A DNA stretch of 64,000 nucleotides. Origin: a virus. The stretch's first letter is position 1; each line of letters starts with the position of its first letter. Below are positions 47,932 through 58,346 of this stretch, one piece after another. Below the pieces are notes generated by a model, which was given only the letters and a program-made list of their open reading frames with translations, was not told the DNA's origin and made no database searches. The DNA lies in IMG/VR virus record IMGVR_UViG_3300045970_000046, positions 11,120 through 75,119 of that record. One strand, 5' to 3'. Position numbers and translations under genes: made by a program.

Positions 47932-50081
47932 TGCCGTACCTGTAGAATATAGATAATAGCGTTACCGTCAGGGGCTACTTCCTGAATCGAAACAATAGTC
48001 CAAATAGATTCGGCCGATTCTCTAATCTGGGCTTGAATATTAGGTGTGGCCGTTAAACCCTGGGCCGCGATTAATAGGCGCTTTTCTTTGGTTGGTAGAA
48101 GTTCATTAAAATCAGGCTGCCTATAATCGGCTGCTCCACCGTCTTTATTCTTACGGGAAGTAAGCCAGACACCCTTCACAGTCTGACTCATCGTACCGAT
48201 ACTTTCGATACGCCAAGGCCTAGCGACTTCAGCTAGTTGATCTACAAAGACAACGAGCTCGATATTGGCCCCAAATTTCGCGATAAGGCGTTTAGCTGTC
48301 TGCATAGCCTTTTCTATTACTTCACTAGGTATCTGAAGATAACCGAGGTGCGGCGCGGTTCCGCTGGCTGTAGATAGTAGACTTAGGCTTACAAGATCAT
48401 AAGCTAAACCTACTACAGAACGTTCACCGGTAGCCGCTGCAACACTAGAAGCTAAACCTAGTATAACATCGCCTGTTACATCGCGTAACCCTTCTAATAC
48501 ACCATATGTTGAAGCTGAAGTTATTCCCTCAGCTGGGCCTAAAGCTTCTATAGTTTCCGTACCGGTTAGTAGTCCTAGGGCTGATCCCGACGCTATACCT
48601 AAGACTTCACCGCTTACATTACGTACTCCCAGTACGAGAGTACAAGCGGAACCCTCCGAGATACCACTAGGCGTACCAGATACACTTCTATACCCACTTA
48701 AGCTAGTAGTTCCAGAACTTGAAACTAAAGAAGATACACTAGTGGATATACTTCTCGTACCTACTAGAGTTAGGGCTGTAGTAGATACAAGACTAGAAGC
48801 CGTTCCCGGTACCGCCCTACTCGCAAGAGGTATACCGAGTGTAGAGGAGGACGTAGTAGCTAGACCCGAGCCAGATCTTACCTCTAGACTGTAGGAACTA
48901 CCTGTAGCAGCCCCTACACTTGATGTAGAAACTAAGCCCGGGACTACCGCTGTGATCGCTCTAGTACCCGTAGAACCGGATAAGACCGACACCGAGGTAA
49001 CTGTGGCCACAGAGCTTACGTTTCGAGCTCCAGTGCCGGTACCTAAAGCGGATGTAGAAGTTACGCTACCGACCGTGGTTGTTAAGGAACGTGAGCCAGT
49101 CGATGTAAGGGTAGAGGTAGAAGTAAGAGTAGCTACCGCGGAGCTGACCGAGCGTGTGCCTGTAGCTACTGAAATAGCTGATGTAGACGGATAGGTAAGT
49201 GTATCCGTGATATTACGTGAACCTGTACCGGTACCTATGCTCGATGTAGAACTTATACTTCCGGCCGTGGTTGTTATTCCACGAGTACCAGTGCTAACCT
49301 CAGTGCTAGTAGAGGAGATACTACCGGCTGTAGTGACTATGGCCCTTGTGCCGGTTGGTGCACCTAGGCTAGATACAGAACTACATGCCAAACCCGTACC
49401 AGAAGCAGCCACAGAGGCGGATCCGGTAGCTATACCAAGGGCTGAGGTAGATTGTACGCTAGCGGGCGTCGCCGTTACAGCCCGCGTACCTGTAGAGGCT
49501 GTAATAGTCGAACTAGAACTGAGACTAGTAGAACTAGCTACATCACGGGAGCCTGTAGAGTTACCCGCCGTCGATGACGACGACGTAGCCAGTGCTGTAT
49601 TAGTCCCCTGCCGTGTATTGGTAGTAGAACCTAGAACAGAAGTAGAAGAGAGTCCACCGGCGGTAGAACTAATACTACGAGAACCTGTACTAGAACCGAG
49701 GGACGAAGAAGAAGAGACATCTACCCCAGTTCCACTTCTAGATTCGCTAACGGTAGCGAAACCGGTAGAGACTGAATAGGCGCTAGACGATGTAAGAGCG
49801 CCAGCCGCTACAGATACAGCTCTAGCCCCGGTAGAATTATTAAGAGCGGAACTAGAGCTTGCGGTAGAGCCTGTACCTGTAGCATTACGGGAACCAGTAG
49901 AAGAACCTAAAGCGGAAGTTGAAGAGATCCCACTAGGTACAGAGCTAACACTACGTGTGCCGGTACTAGTACCGATGGTCGATGTAGACGAAGTGTCTAC
50001 CCCGGTACCACTTCGGGCTTCACCCGTAGCTCCAGCGTCGAAAACGCCGGTGTCGAAGATATTAGGGTCGAAGACCGCCAC
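47928..50081 (-). CDS. head-closure protein with a ~560-aa Ser/Thr repeat extension
   Basis: C-terminal TAKRLIAKFG...PDG..I.Y.LQVR; N-terminal FDxxxFDxxxFD, then TG(T/S)R repeats. Confidence 0.78.
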   Translation of the reverse strand: MAVFDPNIFDTGVFDAGATGEARSGTGVDTSSTSTIGTSTGTRSVSSVPSGISSTSALGSSTGSRNATGTGSTASSSSALNNSTGARAVSVAAGALTSSSAYSVSTGFATVSESRSGTGVDVSSSSSLGSSTGSRSISSTAGGLSSTSVLGSTTNTRQGTNTALATSSSSTAGNSTGSRDVASSTSLSSSSTITASTGTRAVTATPASVQSTSALGIATGSASVAASGTGLACSSVSSLGAPTGTRAIVTTAGSISSTSTEVSTGTRGITTTAGSISSTSSIGTGTGSRNITDTLTYPSTSAISVATGTRSVSSAVATLTSTSTLTSTGSRSLTTTVGSVTSTSALGTGTGARNVSSVATVTSVSVLSGSTGTRAITAVVPGLVSTSSVGAATGSSYSLEVRSGSGLATTSSSTLGIPLASRAVPGTASSLVSTTALTLVGTRSISTSVSSLVSSSGTTSLSGYRSVSGTPSGISEGSACTLVLGVRNVSGEVLGIASGSALGLLTGTETIEALGPAEGITSASTYGVLEGLRDVTGDVILGLASSVAAATGERSVVGLAYDLVSLSLLSTASGTAPHLGYLQIPSEVIEKAMQTAKRLIAKFGANIELVVFVDQLAEVARPWRIESIGTMSQTVKGVWLTSRKNKDGGAADYRQPDFNELLPTKEKRLLIAAQGLTATPNIQAQIRESAESIWTIVSIQEVAPDGNAIIYILQVRQ
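48360..50020 (-). repeat. ~21-22-aa Ser/Thr-rich protein repeats
   Basis: recurring SSTS.LG..TG(T/S)R(S/A/N)(V/I) units. Confidence 0.85.
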
Positions 50082-50101
50082 GGGCTAACCCCCTAGAACG
50101 G

Positions 50102-51037
50102 TCAGAAATCGCTTTCGACGTACAACCGAACCATAGCCATATTATGAGCTGCGGCTAGTGCACCGTTACGGACTTGAAAGCGAGGTCCGAGTAATGTCGT
50201 AGCCGCCGGGACGTTAGTCGTATAGCTAGTGTTGAGCAGGTCCGTTCCAACACCGCTGTTAGCGATCTGCTGCACGCGCACGAACAACTCCGTAGTGCCC
50301 GGCTTCACATACATCGTCAGGTCGAAGACTTGTTCGGCAGCCGCAGCTACCAACGCGGAAGACCGGGTTGCAGCCGCCGTACCGGCGCGGACGCAGAAGT
50401 ACCAAGAAGCGTCCGCGGCGTTTAGGTGCATTCCACAGAAGTCGTTGATTGTGCTGGAGGGGTCACCGGCCAGAGCAACGATGGTGCTACCCACCCCCAC
50501 GCACTTCTGGACCCCTGTAGTGTGGAGCGTGCCCTGCGTGAAGCGGCAGTAGAAGAACCAGCCGCCGGGGGTGTTGGCGCTGCCACCAAACATCGAGGCA
50601 CGAGGGGCCCACGCCCCTGCTGCGTTACCTGCCGTGGTGCTAGTAGCGAACTGTACCTTGTCGAGCGACGTACTCAGGTTCGTCAGAGCATTGGTGGGGT
50701 GCGAGAGCGTAGCGCCCGTGGTAGGCGTCATACCCTGCGAACCCATAGCGGTGGCCGTACCCGGCCCCCAAAGAATGACGCGATTCGTAAATAGCGACGT
50801 CTGGAGCATCGAATCTACTCCAGAGGGACCCTTAATCTTCGGCATAGCCCGGCCGGCGATAAGCTTAGCGTATAGGCTCATCTTACCGGCGGCCGGTGTA
50901 GCCGGGTCGGTGGTACCCGCGGTCATTAAGATACCATCGGCGTCTGGAACGTGGTCAGCGTTCCATTCGTCTTTACTAGCCACAGTACCGTCGGCGCCCT
51001 GTGCCTTGGCGCTAACGAAGGTATGCTTGAGCGCCAT
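50102..51037 (-). CDS. virion appendage tip-like protein
   Basis: KH.FVS......WNADH N-terminus; beta-sandwich C-terminus. Confidence 0.6.
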   Translation of the reverse strand: MALKHTFVSAKAQGADGTVASKDEWNADHVPDADGILMTAGTTDPATPAAGKMSLYAKLIAGRAMPKIKGPSGVDSMLQTSLFTNRVILWGPGTATAMGSQGMTPTTGATLSHPTNALTNLSTSLDKVQFATSTTAGNAAGAWAPRASMFGGSANTPGGWFFYCRFTQGTLHTTGVQKCVGVGSTIVALAGDPSSTINDFCGMHLNAADASWYFCVRAGTAAATRSSALVAAAAEQVFDLTMYVKPGTTELFVRVQQIANSGVGTDLLNTSYTTNVPAATTLLGPRFQVRNGALAAAHNMAMVRLYVESDF

Positions 51038-51050
51038 GTTTAAGCCGGAC

Positions 51051-51434
51051 TTACGTGATGGAGATAGTTAGGGCGCTGACCGTGTAAGTGCCGTTAGAGC
51101 CGTAAGCACCTTCAGCCGCCGAAAGAGCTCCAGAGCCACAGAAGTCGGCGGCTACACCAGCCGCAGCGATACGCCACAGGCCGTAATGACTGAAGGCGTC
51201 ACCGGCCTGGACGGAGATAACGGCACTTGCCCCAAGACCCTTGCTACCAGCCGCAGCCGCAGCCATATTTAACTGGACGCGGGCATACGGGGCTCCGGAC
51301 ATCTCGTTAGCCGACGCTGTCGCGAACACACCGGCCGGATCGGCACTGTGTAACGAGATATAGGTACCGGAGGAAGCACCCGTACCATAGCGCTGATCGA
51401 GTTCGTAGTTACGGGCATCTACTGACTGGGGCAT
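51051..51434 (-). CDS. fibre/appendage subunit
   Basis: YISLHSADP...ANE.SG..YAR, HYGLW, GTYTV..LTI. Confidence 0.7.
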   Translation of the reverse strand: MPQSVDARNYELDQRYGTGASSGTYISLHSADPAGVFATASANEMSGAPYARVQLNMAAAAAGSKGLGASAVISVQAGDAFSHYGLWRIAAAGVAADFCGSGALSAAEGAYGSNGTYTVSALTISIT

Positions 51435-51442
51435 AAGTTCTC

Positions 51443-52276
51443 CTAGATACGAATAAGTTGCAGTCGGTTACCGAACCGGAAAAGTGGAGTAAGTAGAGCT
51501 TCTACTTTTGTGAGTTTGGGTAAGGGTGAATAGGTACCTTCGCCTACAGCGTACTCTGTTTCAATAACGTCTACCTTCTCCTTTTTAACAGGAGAGGCTA
51601 AACGTGTAGGGAGTAGATCATCGGTTGTAAGTAATTCAATAGCTAACTGGCACTGGGCGTCTTTTAATAGCTGAGGAATTACATCTATAGCTATATCAAA
51701 AGAGTCTACCTGTACGTCTATCCTAGGCCATTGAAGGGCTTGTGTACCGGAAACTTTGGTACCACGATAACGATCCCGAACCTGCTCGAGATAATCAATA
51801 GCCTTAGTAAGTAGTATCTCGAGGGCGGGTTCATTCACGCCGGCGTCAATACCACCCGTAAACAAGATAGGTGACGACCAGGCCATATCCGCGGTCAGTA
51901 TCCGGGACGATGTACCCGGAGTAACTATATTAAACTCGGCTGTGAGGGCGTTATCTACATCGGCTACTGTAGAAACATCTACCTCATAATGAACTTGTAC
52001 AGCATTCGCAAGAATAGTAACAGTAACGCCAGCTGCAGGAACTGAATCACCGCTAAGTTGAAGGCTGGTTTCGTTTCCATTGAGACCGGCCACTTTTGCT
52101 TCAAGAATACTGTTATAACCAGAAGGAAGACCAGAAAGTGTAGCTCGGCTAGCAGGATAGGATGTTCCAGAAACGAAAGTAACACCTCGCTTAGCGGCAT
52201 AGGTCCTAGCCTCCCCTGTCGTTACGTAGGAGTTGGCCCCCGCCACGAGTGTACCATCTTCGATGACGAGGGCCAT
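51443..52276 (-). CDS. head-tail adaptor (DnaT-like family) with internal insertion
   Basis: LVIEDGT...ANSYV, A.DYLE, QALQWPR, KEKVDVIETEY. Confidence 0.85.
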   Translation of the reverse strand: MALVIEDGTLVAGANSYVTTGEARTYAAKRGVTFVSGTSYPASRATLSGLPSGYNSILEAKVAGLNGNETSLQLSGDSVPAAGVTVTILANAVQVHYEVDVSTVADVDNALTAEFNIVTPGTSSRILTADMAWSSPILFTGGIDAGVNEPALEILLTKAIDYLEQVRDRYRGTKVSGTQALQWPRIDVQVDSFDIAIDVIPQLLKDAQCQLAIELLTTDDLLPTRLASPVKKEKVDVIETEYAVGEGTYSPLPKLTKVEALLTPLFRFGNRLQLIRI

Positions 52277-52288
52277 TCCTAGTTCTCC

Positions 52289-52498
52289 TTACGTGGTAGC
52301 GATCGAGCGCCAGGCCGTACCGTTCCAGACAGACAGAACGTTAGTGCCGACTAAGAGGCACATAAAGCCAGACGGCGGAGTACCATTAGCCGTGACCCAA
52401 GCGGTACGGGCAGTAGCATCGGCAACAGAGAGAATCTTAATAGCCCCGGGATCCTTGTAACCAGACGAATCGTGACCCGGGAATGAATTCTTAGCCAT
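52289..52498 (-). CDS. small virion protein
   Basis: AAGGAG RBS context; ADATAR...VWNGTAW. Confidence 0.6.
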   Translation of the reverse strand: MAKNSFPGHDSSGYKDPGAIKILSVADATARTAWVTANGTPPSGFMCLLVGTNVLSVWNGTAWRSIATT

Positions 52499-52501
52499 GG
52501 C

Positions 52502-52810
52502 TTACTTCTCCTTAGCGGCAGGGGCTGCAGGGGGAGGCGGAGGTACGGCCTTAGGAGGAGCAACCACTTCGGCCGGCGGAGCAGGTAGGGCACGCTTCTG
52601 CACGGCCTTAACAATCTCCTTATACTTCTCAACGTACGCGGCAGGTGGGTCGCCGGCAACACCATCGCAATGCTCGATAGAGTCACCGTCGCCGAAGTGC
52701 TGCTTGTTACGGAACATAGAGGTACCGAGATCCCAGGCCTCGTCAATTTGGGCCTGAGTTGGAACAGGACCGTCGATAAAGTAGAGGATTTTCCGCTTTG
52801 AGGTCTGCAT
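52502..52810 (-). CDS. hypothetical protein after the capsid gene
   Basis: AAGGAG RBS; KILYF..GPVPT, CDGVAG. Confidence 0.7.
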   Translation of the reverse strand: MQTSKRKILYFIDGPVPTQAQIDEAWDLGTSMFRNKQHFGDGDSIEHCDGVAGDPPAAYVEKYKEIVKAVQKRALPAPPAEVVAPPKAVPPPPPAAPAAKEK

Positions 52811-52833
52811 TATTTCTCCTTGGTAGTTTTAGG

Positions 52834-52864
52834 AAGAACGAGGGGAGTCTAACCCCTCGTTCTT
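52834..52864 (-). terminator. hairpin after the major capsid gene
   Basis: 12-bp stem AAGAACGAGGGG/CCCCTCGTTCTT. Confidence 0.65.
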
Positions 52865-52895
52865 AGCCCGTGGAACCTTGACGAGGACCGCAGGC

Positions 52896-53852
52896 TTACA
52901 GCGACTTCAGAACCACGCCTGCGAGATCCTTGAACGACGTCGAGGTCTTATCCCAGTTAGTCGCCGTACCTAAGGCGGTGTTCGTGGGCGAACGACCACC
53001 ATTGGTCATGTCCCAAGTGAACCCCTTAAGGGCGAGGTTGTAGCTCCATTCAGCCTGGTACGTCCGGACGATGTTCTCGTTACCGTTAATCGTCTGAACG
53101 TTGTCCTGGAAGTCGGTGTTCTGATCAATCACGACACCGGCGGGGGTAAGACCGCAGGTGTAGTAGTTGTTCGGAGCAGCAGTAACGACCAAGGACGCGC
53201 TGTCGGTCACAACGAACGGAACGCCGAAACCATCGTGCGTAACGCGGATGTTACCGAAGCTGAACAGGATGTTCGAGTTCGCGAGAGCCGCCCCGTAGAT
53301 ATCAAAGAGGCACTTGCTGTGGATAACCCAGCACACAACTTCCTCAGACCGGTCACCCAGCTTCGCCTTCGTGGTGGTCAGTGCCGACAGGCTGGCGTTA
53401 CCGGCTGTCCCGTCGTAGTAGTTAGTAGCCTGAGCCGCAACAGCCGCGTTGTAGCAGAGTAACCCGGTATTCAGCATTTCACCCATGTTGTCGCCGGCCA
53501 TCTGGCGACCGATAACGGCACCGGCCTCCTCAGGCGACTTCTGGATCCACTTCAGCATGCTGGGGTCGATACGAACCGGAGCGATACCGGCAGCCACCTT
53601 GACCGAAGCGGCCGCGAGCTGAGTCAGAACCTTTTCCGACACAGCGCTCGAACCGTAAGCGTCACGACGACGAACCAGGCCGCTAATCTTCGCCCAGAAG
53701 GCTTCCACAGAGTAGTCACCCTGATGGGCCGCCGACCGAAGGACTAACCCACCACGCGAAGCCTCGTTGAAGAGGTTCACGTTGTAGGCCAGGACTTCCG
53801 TCATGGTCGAATACGCATACTCCTGGAAAACCTGCAGATCACTAAGAGCCAT
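52896..53852 (-). CDS. major capsid protein
   Basis: MALSDL.VF, FNEASRG, G.ENI....QAEW.YN...KG..WD; follows the scaffold. Confidence 0.92.
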   Translation of the reverse strand: MALSDLQVFQEYAYSTMTEVLAYNVNLFNEASRGGLVLRSAAHQGDYSVEAFWAKISGLVRRRDAYGSSAVSEKVLTQLAAASVKVAAGIAPVRIDPSMLKWIQKSPEEAGAVIGRQMAGDNMGEMLNTGLLCYNAAVAAQATNYYDGTAGNASLSALTTTKAKLGDRSEEVVCWVIHSKCLFDIYGAALANSNILFSFGNIRVTHDGFGVPFVVTDSASLVVTAAPNNYYTCGLTPAGVVIDQNTDFQDNVQTINGNENIVRTYQAEWSYNLALKGFTWDMTNGGRSPTNTALGTATNWDKTSTSFKDLAGVVLKSL

Positions 53853-53856
53853 TTAA

Positions 53857-54633
53857 TTATCCTCCGGTGCCCGCCCGAGAGCGGGCCTCTTTCTGTGCTT
53901 TTTGGTATGCGACGAGCTCCATCGGAGTCGCCTTGTTGGGATCAAACGGTTTCGACAGATCGATAGTGGGCGAAGCACCGCTTCTACCCTTGCCACCACC
54001 ACTACCATCGCCGGAGGCACCGCCGCCCGACGCTTTGCTGCCTTTGATAATAAGGGAGAAACGCTTGTCTGCGGTAATTTCTTTTTGAAGCTCTTCGATG
54101 CCAAGTGCCGAGGGCTTACCATCCTTGTCGAGCACCCTCGTTACATATTCACCATCATTCAGTTCAGTAGTAAGGCGAGCCTTAATGTGTGGAAGGATAA
54201 GGTCGGGAGCCGCACTAATCTCTCCGGCCATCTTATTGGCGATATTCTCAACAAGGATACGTTGCAGAGTCTTATCACGGGCCTGGATTTGTGTATCGCG
54301 GTCAACAACCGCCTTATCCATCTTCTCTTTCCACGACTTCTCTAACTTCTCTACATCACCCTTGGGGATGTTTCCACGGCGCATCTCATCGATCTCTTCT
54401 TGGAGGCTAAGGAGCTTAGTATCGGATTCCTTAGCCTTTTTCTCGGCGTCCTGCCGGGCCTTCTTCTCGTAGTTTTTAGCATTCTTCAAAGCGTCGATAG
54501 GCTCGTCCGAAACATAGGCCCCGTCGAGGTCAAGGATATAATGCTTCTTATCACCCTCTACGACTTCCTTGTATTCCTTAGCTACCGGTTCAGCCAAACC
54601 CTCTAACGTTTCCAGCTTGTGCTTTAATGCCAT
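53857..54633 (-). CDS. scaffold protein
   Basis: charged coiled coil, LILPHI..RL, KASGGGA. Confidence 0.85.
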   Translation of the reverse strand: MALKHKLETLEGLAEPVAKEYKEVVEGDKKHYILDLDGAYVSDEPIDALKNAKNYEKKARQDAEKKAKESDTKLLSLQEEIDEMRRGNIPKGDVEKLEKSWKEKMDKAVVDRDTQIQARDKTLQRILVENIANKMAGEISAAPDLILPHIKARLTTELNDGEYVTRVLDKDGKPSALGIEELQKEITADKRFSLIIKGSKASGGGASGDGSGGGKGRSGASPTIDLSKPFDPNKATPMELVAYQKAQKEARSRAGTGG

Positions 54634-54634
54634 G

Positions 54635-56239
54635 TTATTCTACCTCTTCCGGGCCACCGGCCCCTTTTTGTGTTTTACCGTCTTGCTTCGGAGCTACCCG
54701 CCCCGAATTAGGATCAGCGTTTGGATCTACTTTTTCTTTTTCAGGTACACGTAACTCATCTTCTTCAGCTTCCACTTTCGCTTCTTCGTCAGTCTGTGTG
54801 GCCACACCGGCCTTACGGAGTCTGGAGCGCATTTCCGTGTAGGAGATAGCACCTGCGACCCATTCAGCTACTAGCTGAGCCCTTTCGGACGGTGTCATCT
54901 GCGCTGCGATAAAGTCTGTATTTAAATCGTACCGAACAGCAGAGGTATCTACGCCGTGATATTGGGCGCACCACTTAAGACACTGAGAATACGCGGTACC
55001 GACGTTTTTTGCAACGCTTGCTAAAATAGAAACTTGCGCCGCTTCTTTCTGTTGGGCTTCACCTAGTGTCTGGGCAACACTACTCTGTTCAACAAGCCTG
55101 GCACCTAACGCCACCATCTGGCGTTCTTTCTGGTCCATAGCTTCTTTGGGTAGGCTGTTAGGATTGACCTGTAATAACCCAGCCTGTCCACCTACCGGGA
55201 GGGGTATGATAGAGCGCGAACCAATGGAGACGGCGCCGCCCATGACCTCTTTAACCCACGACTCGGTTAATCCAGACGCGTAGACCGTGGGCTGACCGAC
55301 AATAAAGCACGACTCTTCATAGTCAGCAGAGTTACGGTAATGAGCGATATTAAGAATAGACAGATCGTAGAGTGGTGCGGGATCAACAATGCTGTCGTTA
55401 TTTAAAGATCCCACAAAGACGAAGGGGATCTGATCCATAGGCTTACCACTAGCATCTAAAGGCGTGTATGACTGGATAGGTAGGGTCTGAGTCTGACCCG
55501 GGGAACCATTGATAGGAATATCGCGCCAAATCTCTACACGATATTCATGCTGTGTACCGGGTGGAAGTTGTTCCCCCTCATAAATCTTATCCGTAGGTAC
55601 TAGCTTTAAAACACGCCACTGATATTGATAGTAGGGTTGGAACCCATCGTCAGCTGAAAGGAACGACTCCTGTAAGACTACAAGAGAAAGTAGTCTACGA
55701 GCTCCGATTACAACCGTACGCCAATTAAGAACACTCTCTGGAGCGTAAGATAGAATGACAGGCCGTACATAACCAGCTTCCTGCTGGGCCTTGGTTACCG
55801 TTCCGTCAGTCGGTGGATAGTCTACGAATAACCCAACACGGCCGAAGCTAACAGTATCGGCTAGGGTCTTCTTAGACTGTTCGTGTAAGCCGATACCAGC
55901 TCCGTCGACATCACCCATTAAGAACTTAAGACTTTCAGGAATCTCCTGAGTTGGGTCGCGGAGGTAAACCTGTCCAACTAAACCATCTAGAGTCCGCTTA
56001 GTGGCGTTGTAGAAAACAGCCCGCTGAACGTAGGCTTGATAACGAGCTTTATTCTCGGAGGATTTATCTTCCGCGTTAGGCCGAGGTAGGTATAATTCGG
56101 CCGAAGCTTTAACAGCCTCTTCACCCGCTAAGCAATCACGGATAAGGCGCCACTTTGGAAGTTCCGCTCTTAGCTCAGCCCGTAAGAAACGAACGTTAGG
56201 AGGCTGTACCGTAGCTCCGGGAGTAGTTAGCGGTTCCAT
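54635..56239 (-). CDS. portal protein (DUF4055-like)
   Basis: YLP.P, Y..RA.FYN...RT, PL.DL..LNIAHYRNSADYE. Confidence 0.92.
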   Translation of the reverse strand: MEPLTTPGATVQPPNVRFLRAELRAELPKWRLIRDCLAGEEAVKASAELYLPRPNAEDKSSENKARYQAYVQRAVFYNATKRTLDGLVGQVYLRDPTQEIPESLKFLMGDVDGAGIGLHEQSKKTLADTVSFGRVGLFVDYPPTDGTVTKAQQEAGYVRPVILSYAPESVLNWRTVVIGARRLLSLVVLQESFLSADDGFQPYYQYQWRVLKLVPTDKIYEGEQLPPGTQHEYRVEIWRDIPINGSPGQTQTLPIQSYTPLDASGKPMDQIPFVFVGSLNNDSIVDPAPLYDLSILNIAHYRNSADYEESCFIVGQPTVYASGLTESWVKEVMGGAVSIGSRSIIPLPVGGQAGLLQVNPNSLPKEAMDQKERQMVALGARLVEQSSVAQTLGEAQQKEAAQVSILASVAKNVGTAYSQCLKWCAQYHGVDTSAVRYDLNTDFIAAQMTPSERAQLVAEWVAGAISYTEMRSRLRKAGVATQTDEEAKVEAEEDELRVPEKEKVDPNADPNSGRVAPKQDGKTQKGAGGPEEVE

Positions 56240-56246
56240 AGATATA

Positions 56247-57758
56247 TCACCTGGCGAACTTAACCTTTAGGACCTTAGCGTAACGGACGTTACCGGCTAG
56301 GACGCGGTACCGTGTATCGTCGTAGATGTGGTCTTCAGCCGAAGTATCAACATCGTCTGGATCATCTTCGTCACGGGGGAGCACGGGTACCGTAGAGAGA
56401 AACGCTTGGCAGTGAGCCATCACGTATAATCCCGGTCTTTCGTTATGATGGCTAGCACTTAATCGATCCCGTATTAATTCTAACCCTGTCTTGCGGGATC
56501 CCGATCCCTTATCGCTACGGGTCCAACGGATACCCTGATCTTCCATCTTCTTAGCGATAGAGTCGGTATCCCTTTCGCGTACATCCCAAATCTGGTTATC
56601 GGCTGGTCCCGGTTCGGGTGTAGTAAAGATCCATTCGTCTTTTATGAGTTTCTCTTCGATAACTTTAATACGCCTAGCGATCTCGGTAGACGATAGTTTA
56701 AGACCGATATTGGTTCCGATCTCTTTGGTACCGTACCACTCATGGAACCTAATTAAAGATCCCTTAACTGGGCACCAAGAAGTTCCTTGGTCATCAAGTA
56801 GTGCTTCTTCCCCGTTGGCCTCCGCCCACCAACCGATTGCGAACGGGTGAGATGAACCCCAGTCCATAGATCGATTAATCTTCCACCTGAACGGGATCTT
56901 AAATCGAGGCTTAACACAAAGTAGATCGTCCCATACGTCGTCGAGGGCACCACCGGCTATAATATCCCAGTCCCCGTAAAGCCAAGCTCTACGCTTGTTA
57001 ATATCTTTGATAGACTCTAGTTCCGCAACATATTTTGGATCTAAAAACTTATTTTCTTTATATGAACCGAAGATTCTCGTCTGTGTTGTAGTTAGCGGTT
57101 CACGTTGCTGTGTCTGAGGATTAAAGACGTCTATCGTCTTCTTAACGATAACACCTGGCGGCGCCGCGTCGATAAACCGACGCTTAACCCAGTTGTGACC
57201 AGCACCGTATGGGTTCGTTGTCGAAAAGATAACTAATGGAATCTTCGGTAAGAGGTCACCGTTCTTCTGAGGGTAGTCTTCAGGACGGAATGAAGAACGG
57301 TTGCACGACATAAGCATGTCGTACAATTCAGATGTTGGATACTTGGATAGTTCGTTCCAGCCGATAAAAGGAAACTCTTGACCGTGGTAACCCCAGTAGT
57401 CGGAGAGCTTCTTTACTTGGCGGAAGAGAAGTTCTTCTCCGGTCGGCCACGTCCAACGATAGTCAGCTTTGGAGGCATGGAACTTAGCTCCATCGTCAAA
57501 CCGTGGAAACCATCGTTGTGACTTACTAACTAAGTCGTCGAGGTTCTTATACTCACGGTCGAAGATAACGCCACGCCAGAACTGGCCGTAGCCAGCTCCT
57601 ACATGCTTACGGAAGAACATCAACTGCGTATCTGTCTTACCCGGCCCACGTGAACCTTCATATAGAATATGGTCACAGGGACACGACATCGCCATAGCCT
57701 GAGAACCCTCGAGGGGTTGCCAGATAATGCGAGGTTTCTGGGGTTCGACGACCGCCAT
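56247..57758 (-). CDS. terminase large subunit
   Basis: GSRGPGKT, TTNP.G.GH.WVK, DWG, EDH..D..RY. Confidence 0.95.
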   Translation of the reverse strand: MAVVEPQKPRIIWQPLEGSQAMAMSCPCDHILYEGSRGPGKTDTQLMFFRKHVGAGYGQFWRGVIFDREYKNLDDLVSKSQRWFPRFDDGAKFHASKADYRWTWPTGEELLFRQVKKLSDYWGYHGQEFPFIGWNELSKYPTSELYDMLMSCNRSSFRPEDYPQKNGDLLPKIPLVIFSTTNPYGAGHNWVKRRFIDAAPPGVIVKKTIDVFNPQTQQREPLTTTQTRIFGSYKENKFLDPKYVAELESIKDINKRRAWLYGDWDIIAGGALDDVWDDLLCVKPRFKIPFRWKINRSMDWGSSHPFAIGWWAEANGEEALLDDQGTSWCPVKGSLIRFHEWYGTKEIGTNIGLKLSSTEIARRIKVIEEKLIKDEWIFTTPEPGPADNQIWDVRERDTDSIAKKMEDQGIRWTRSDKGSGSRKTGLELIRDRLSASHHNERPGLYVMAHCQAFLSTVPVLPRDEDDPDDVDTSAEDHIYDDTRYRVLAGNVRYAKVLKVKFAR

Positions 57759-58342
57759 TACTTCCGAACATCTTCCTTAAGCAATTTCTGTGAATTAGAA
57801 GCAAGCTGTTCCCATTGATCAGAACTAGGCATAACGGGAACGATCATCACACCGCCACGGACGTTGTGATTAATATCACCACTAACAACAGTCTTCTCCA
57901 TACCCTTAATTTGGGCTAGCGTCTTCCAGGCTGTAACACGAGCACCGTGTGAAGCTCCGATACCACAGAAGCGGGCTTCCTTAATCAGCCCCATCAAGAT
58001 AACCTTATTATCGATAAGGTCTACCTCTGCCATAGCCTTTACAACTTCCTGTAGTCGGGCAAGAACATAAGGTTCGTGTAGGTACTCCCACGATTGCTTG
58101 GCGGCCGTAGTGCAGGGACCACCAGCCCGAATAAAGGCTCCCGTCGAATCGAAATCTCGGATATATTCGGAAATAAATCTATCTCGACGGGCCTTCAATT
58201 TTGGACGCGTAGAAAAATATTCGTCGTCCTTTTTCCGAACGCGGGCCAGTGTCTTAGAGATTGGCTTGCCCGCCTCAGGATGGACTAATTTAATGACGTT
58301 GACTTCGGAATCCTCAGGAGGATCATCTGGGATATCGGCCAT
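57758..58342 (-). CDS. terminase small subunit
   Basis: F..EY..DF..T.A..RAG, ARV.A...LA; coupled to terL; start MADIP. Confidence 0.8.
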   Translation of the reverse strand: MADIPDDPPEDSEVNVIKLVHPEAGKPISKTLARVRKKDDEYFSTRPKLKARRDRFISEYIRDFDSTGAFIRAGGPCTTAAKQSWEYLHEPYVLARLQEVVKAMAEVDLIDNKVILMGLIKEARFCGIGASHGARVTAWKTLAQIKGMEKTVVSGDINHNVRGGVMIVPVMPSSDQWEQLASNSQKLLKEDVRK

Positions 58343-58346
58343 AGAA

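Noticed and set aside
48952-49779. Plus-strand Val/Glu-rich ORFs and similar antisense ORFs elsewhere
   Set aside because: Shadows of repetitive or well-supported genes on the opposite strand
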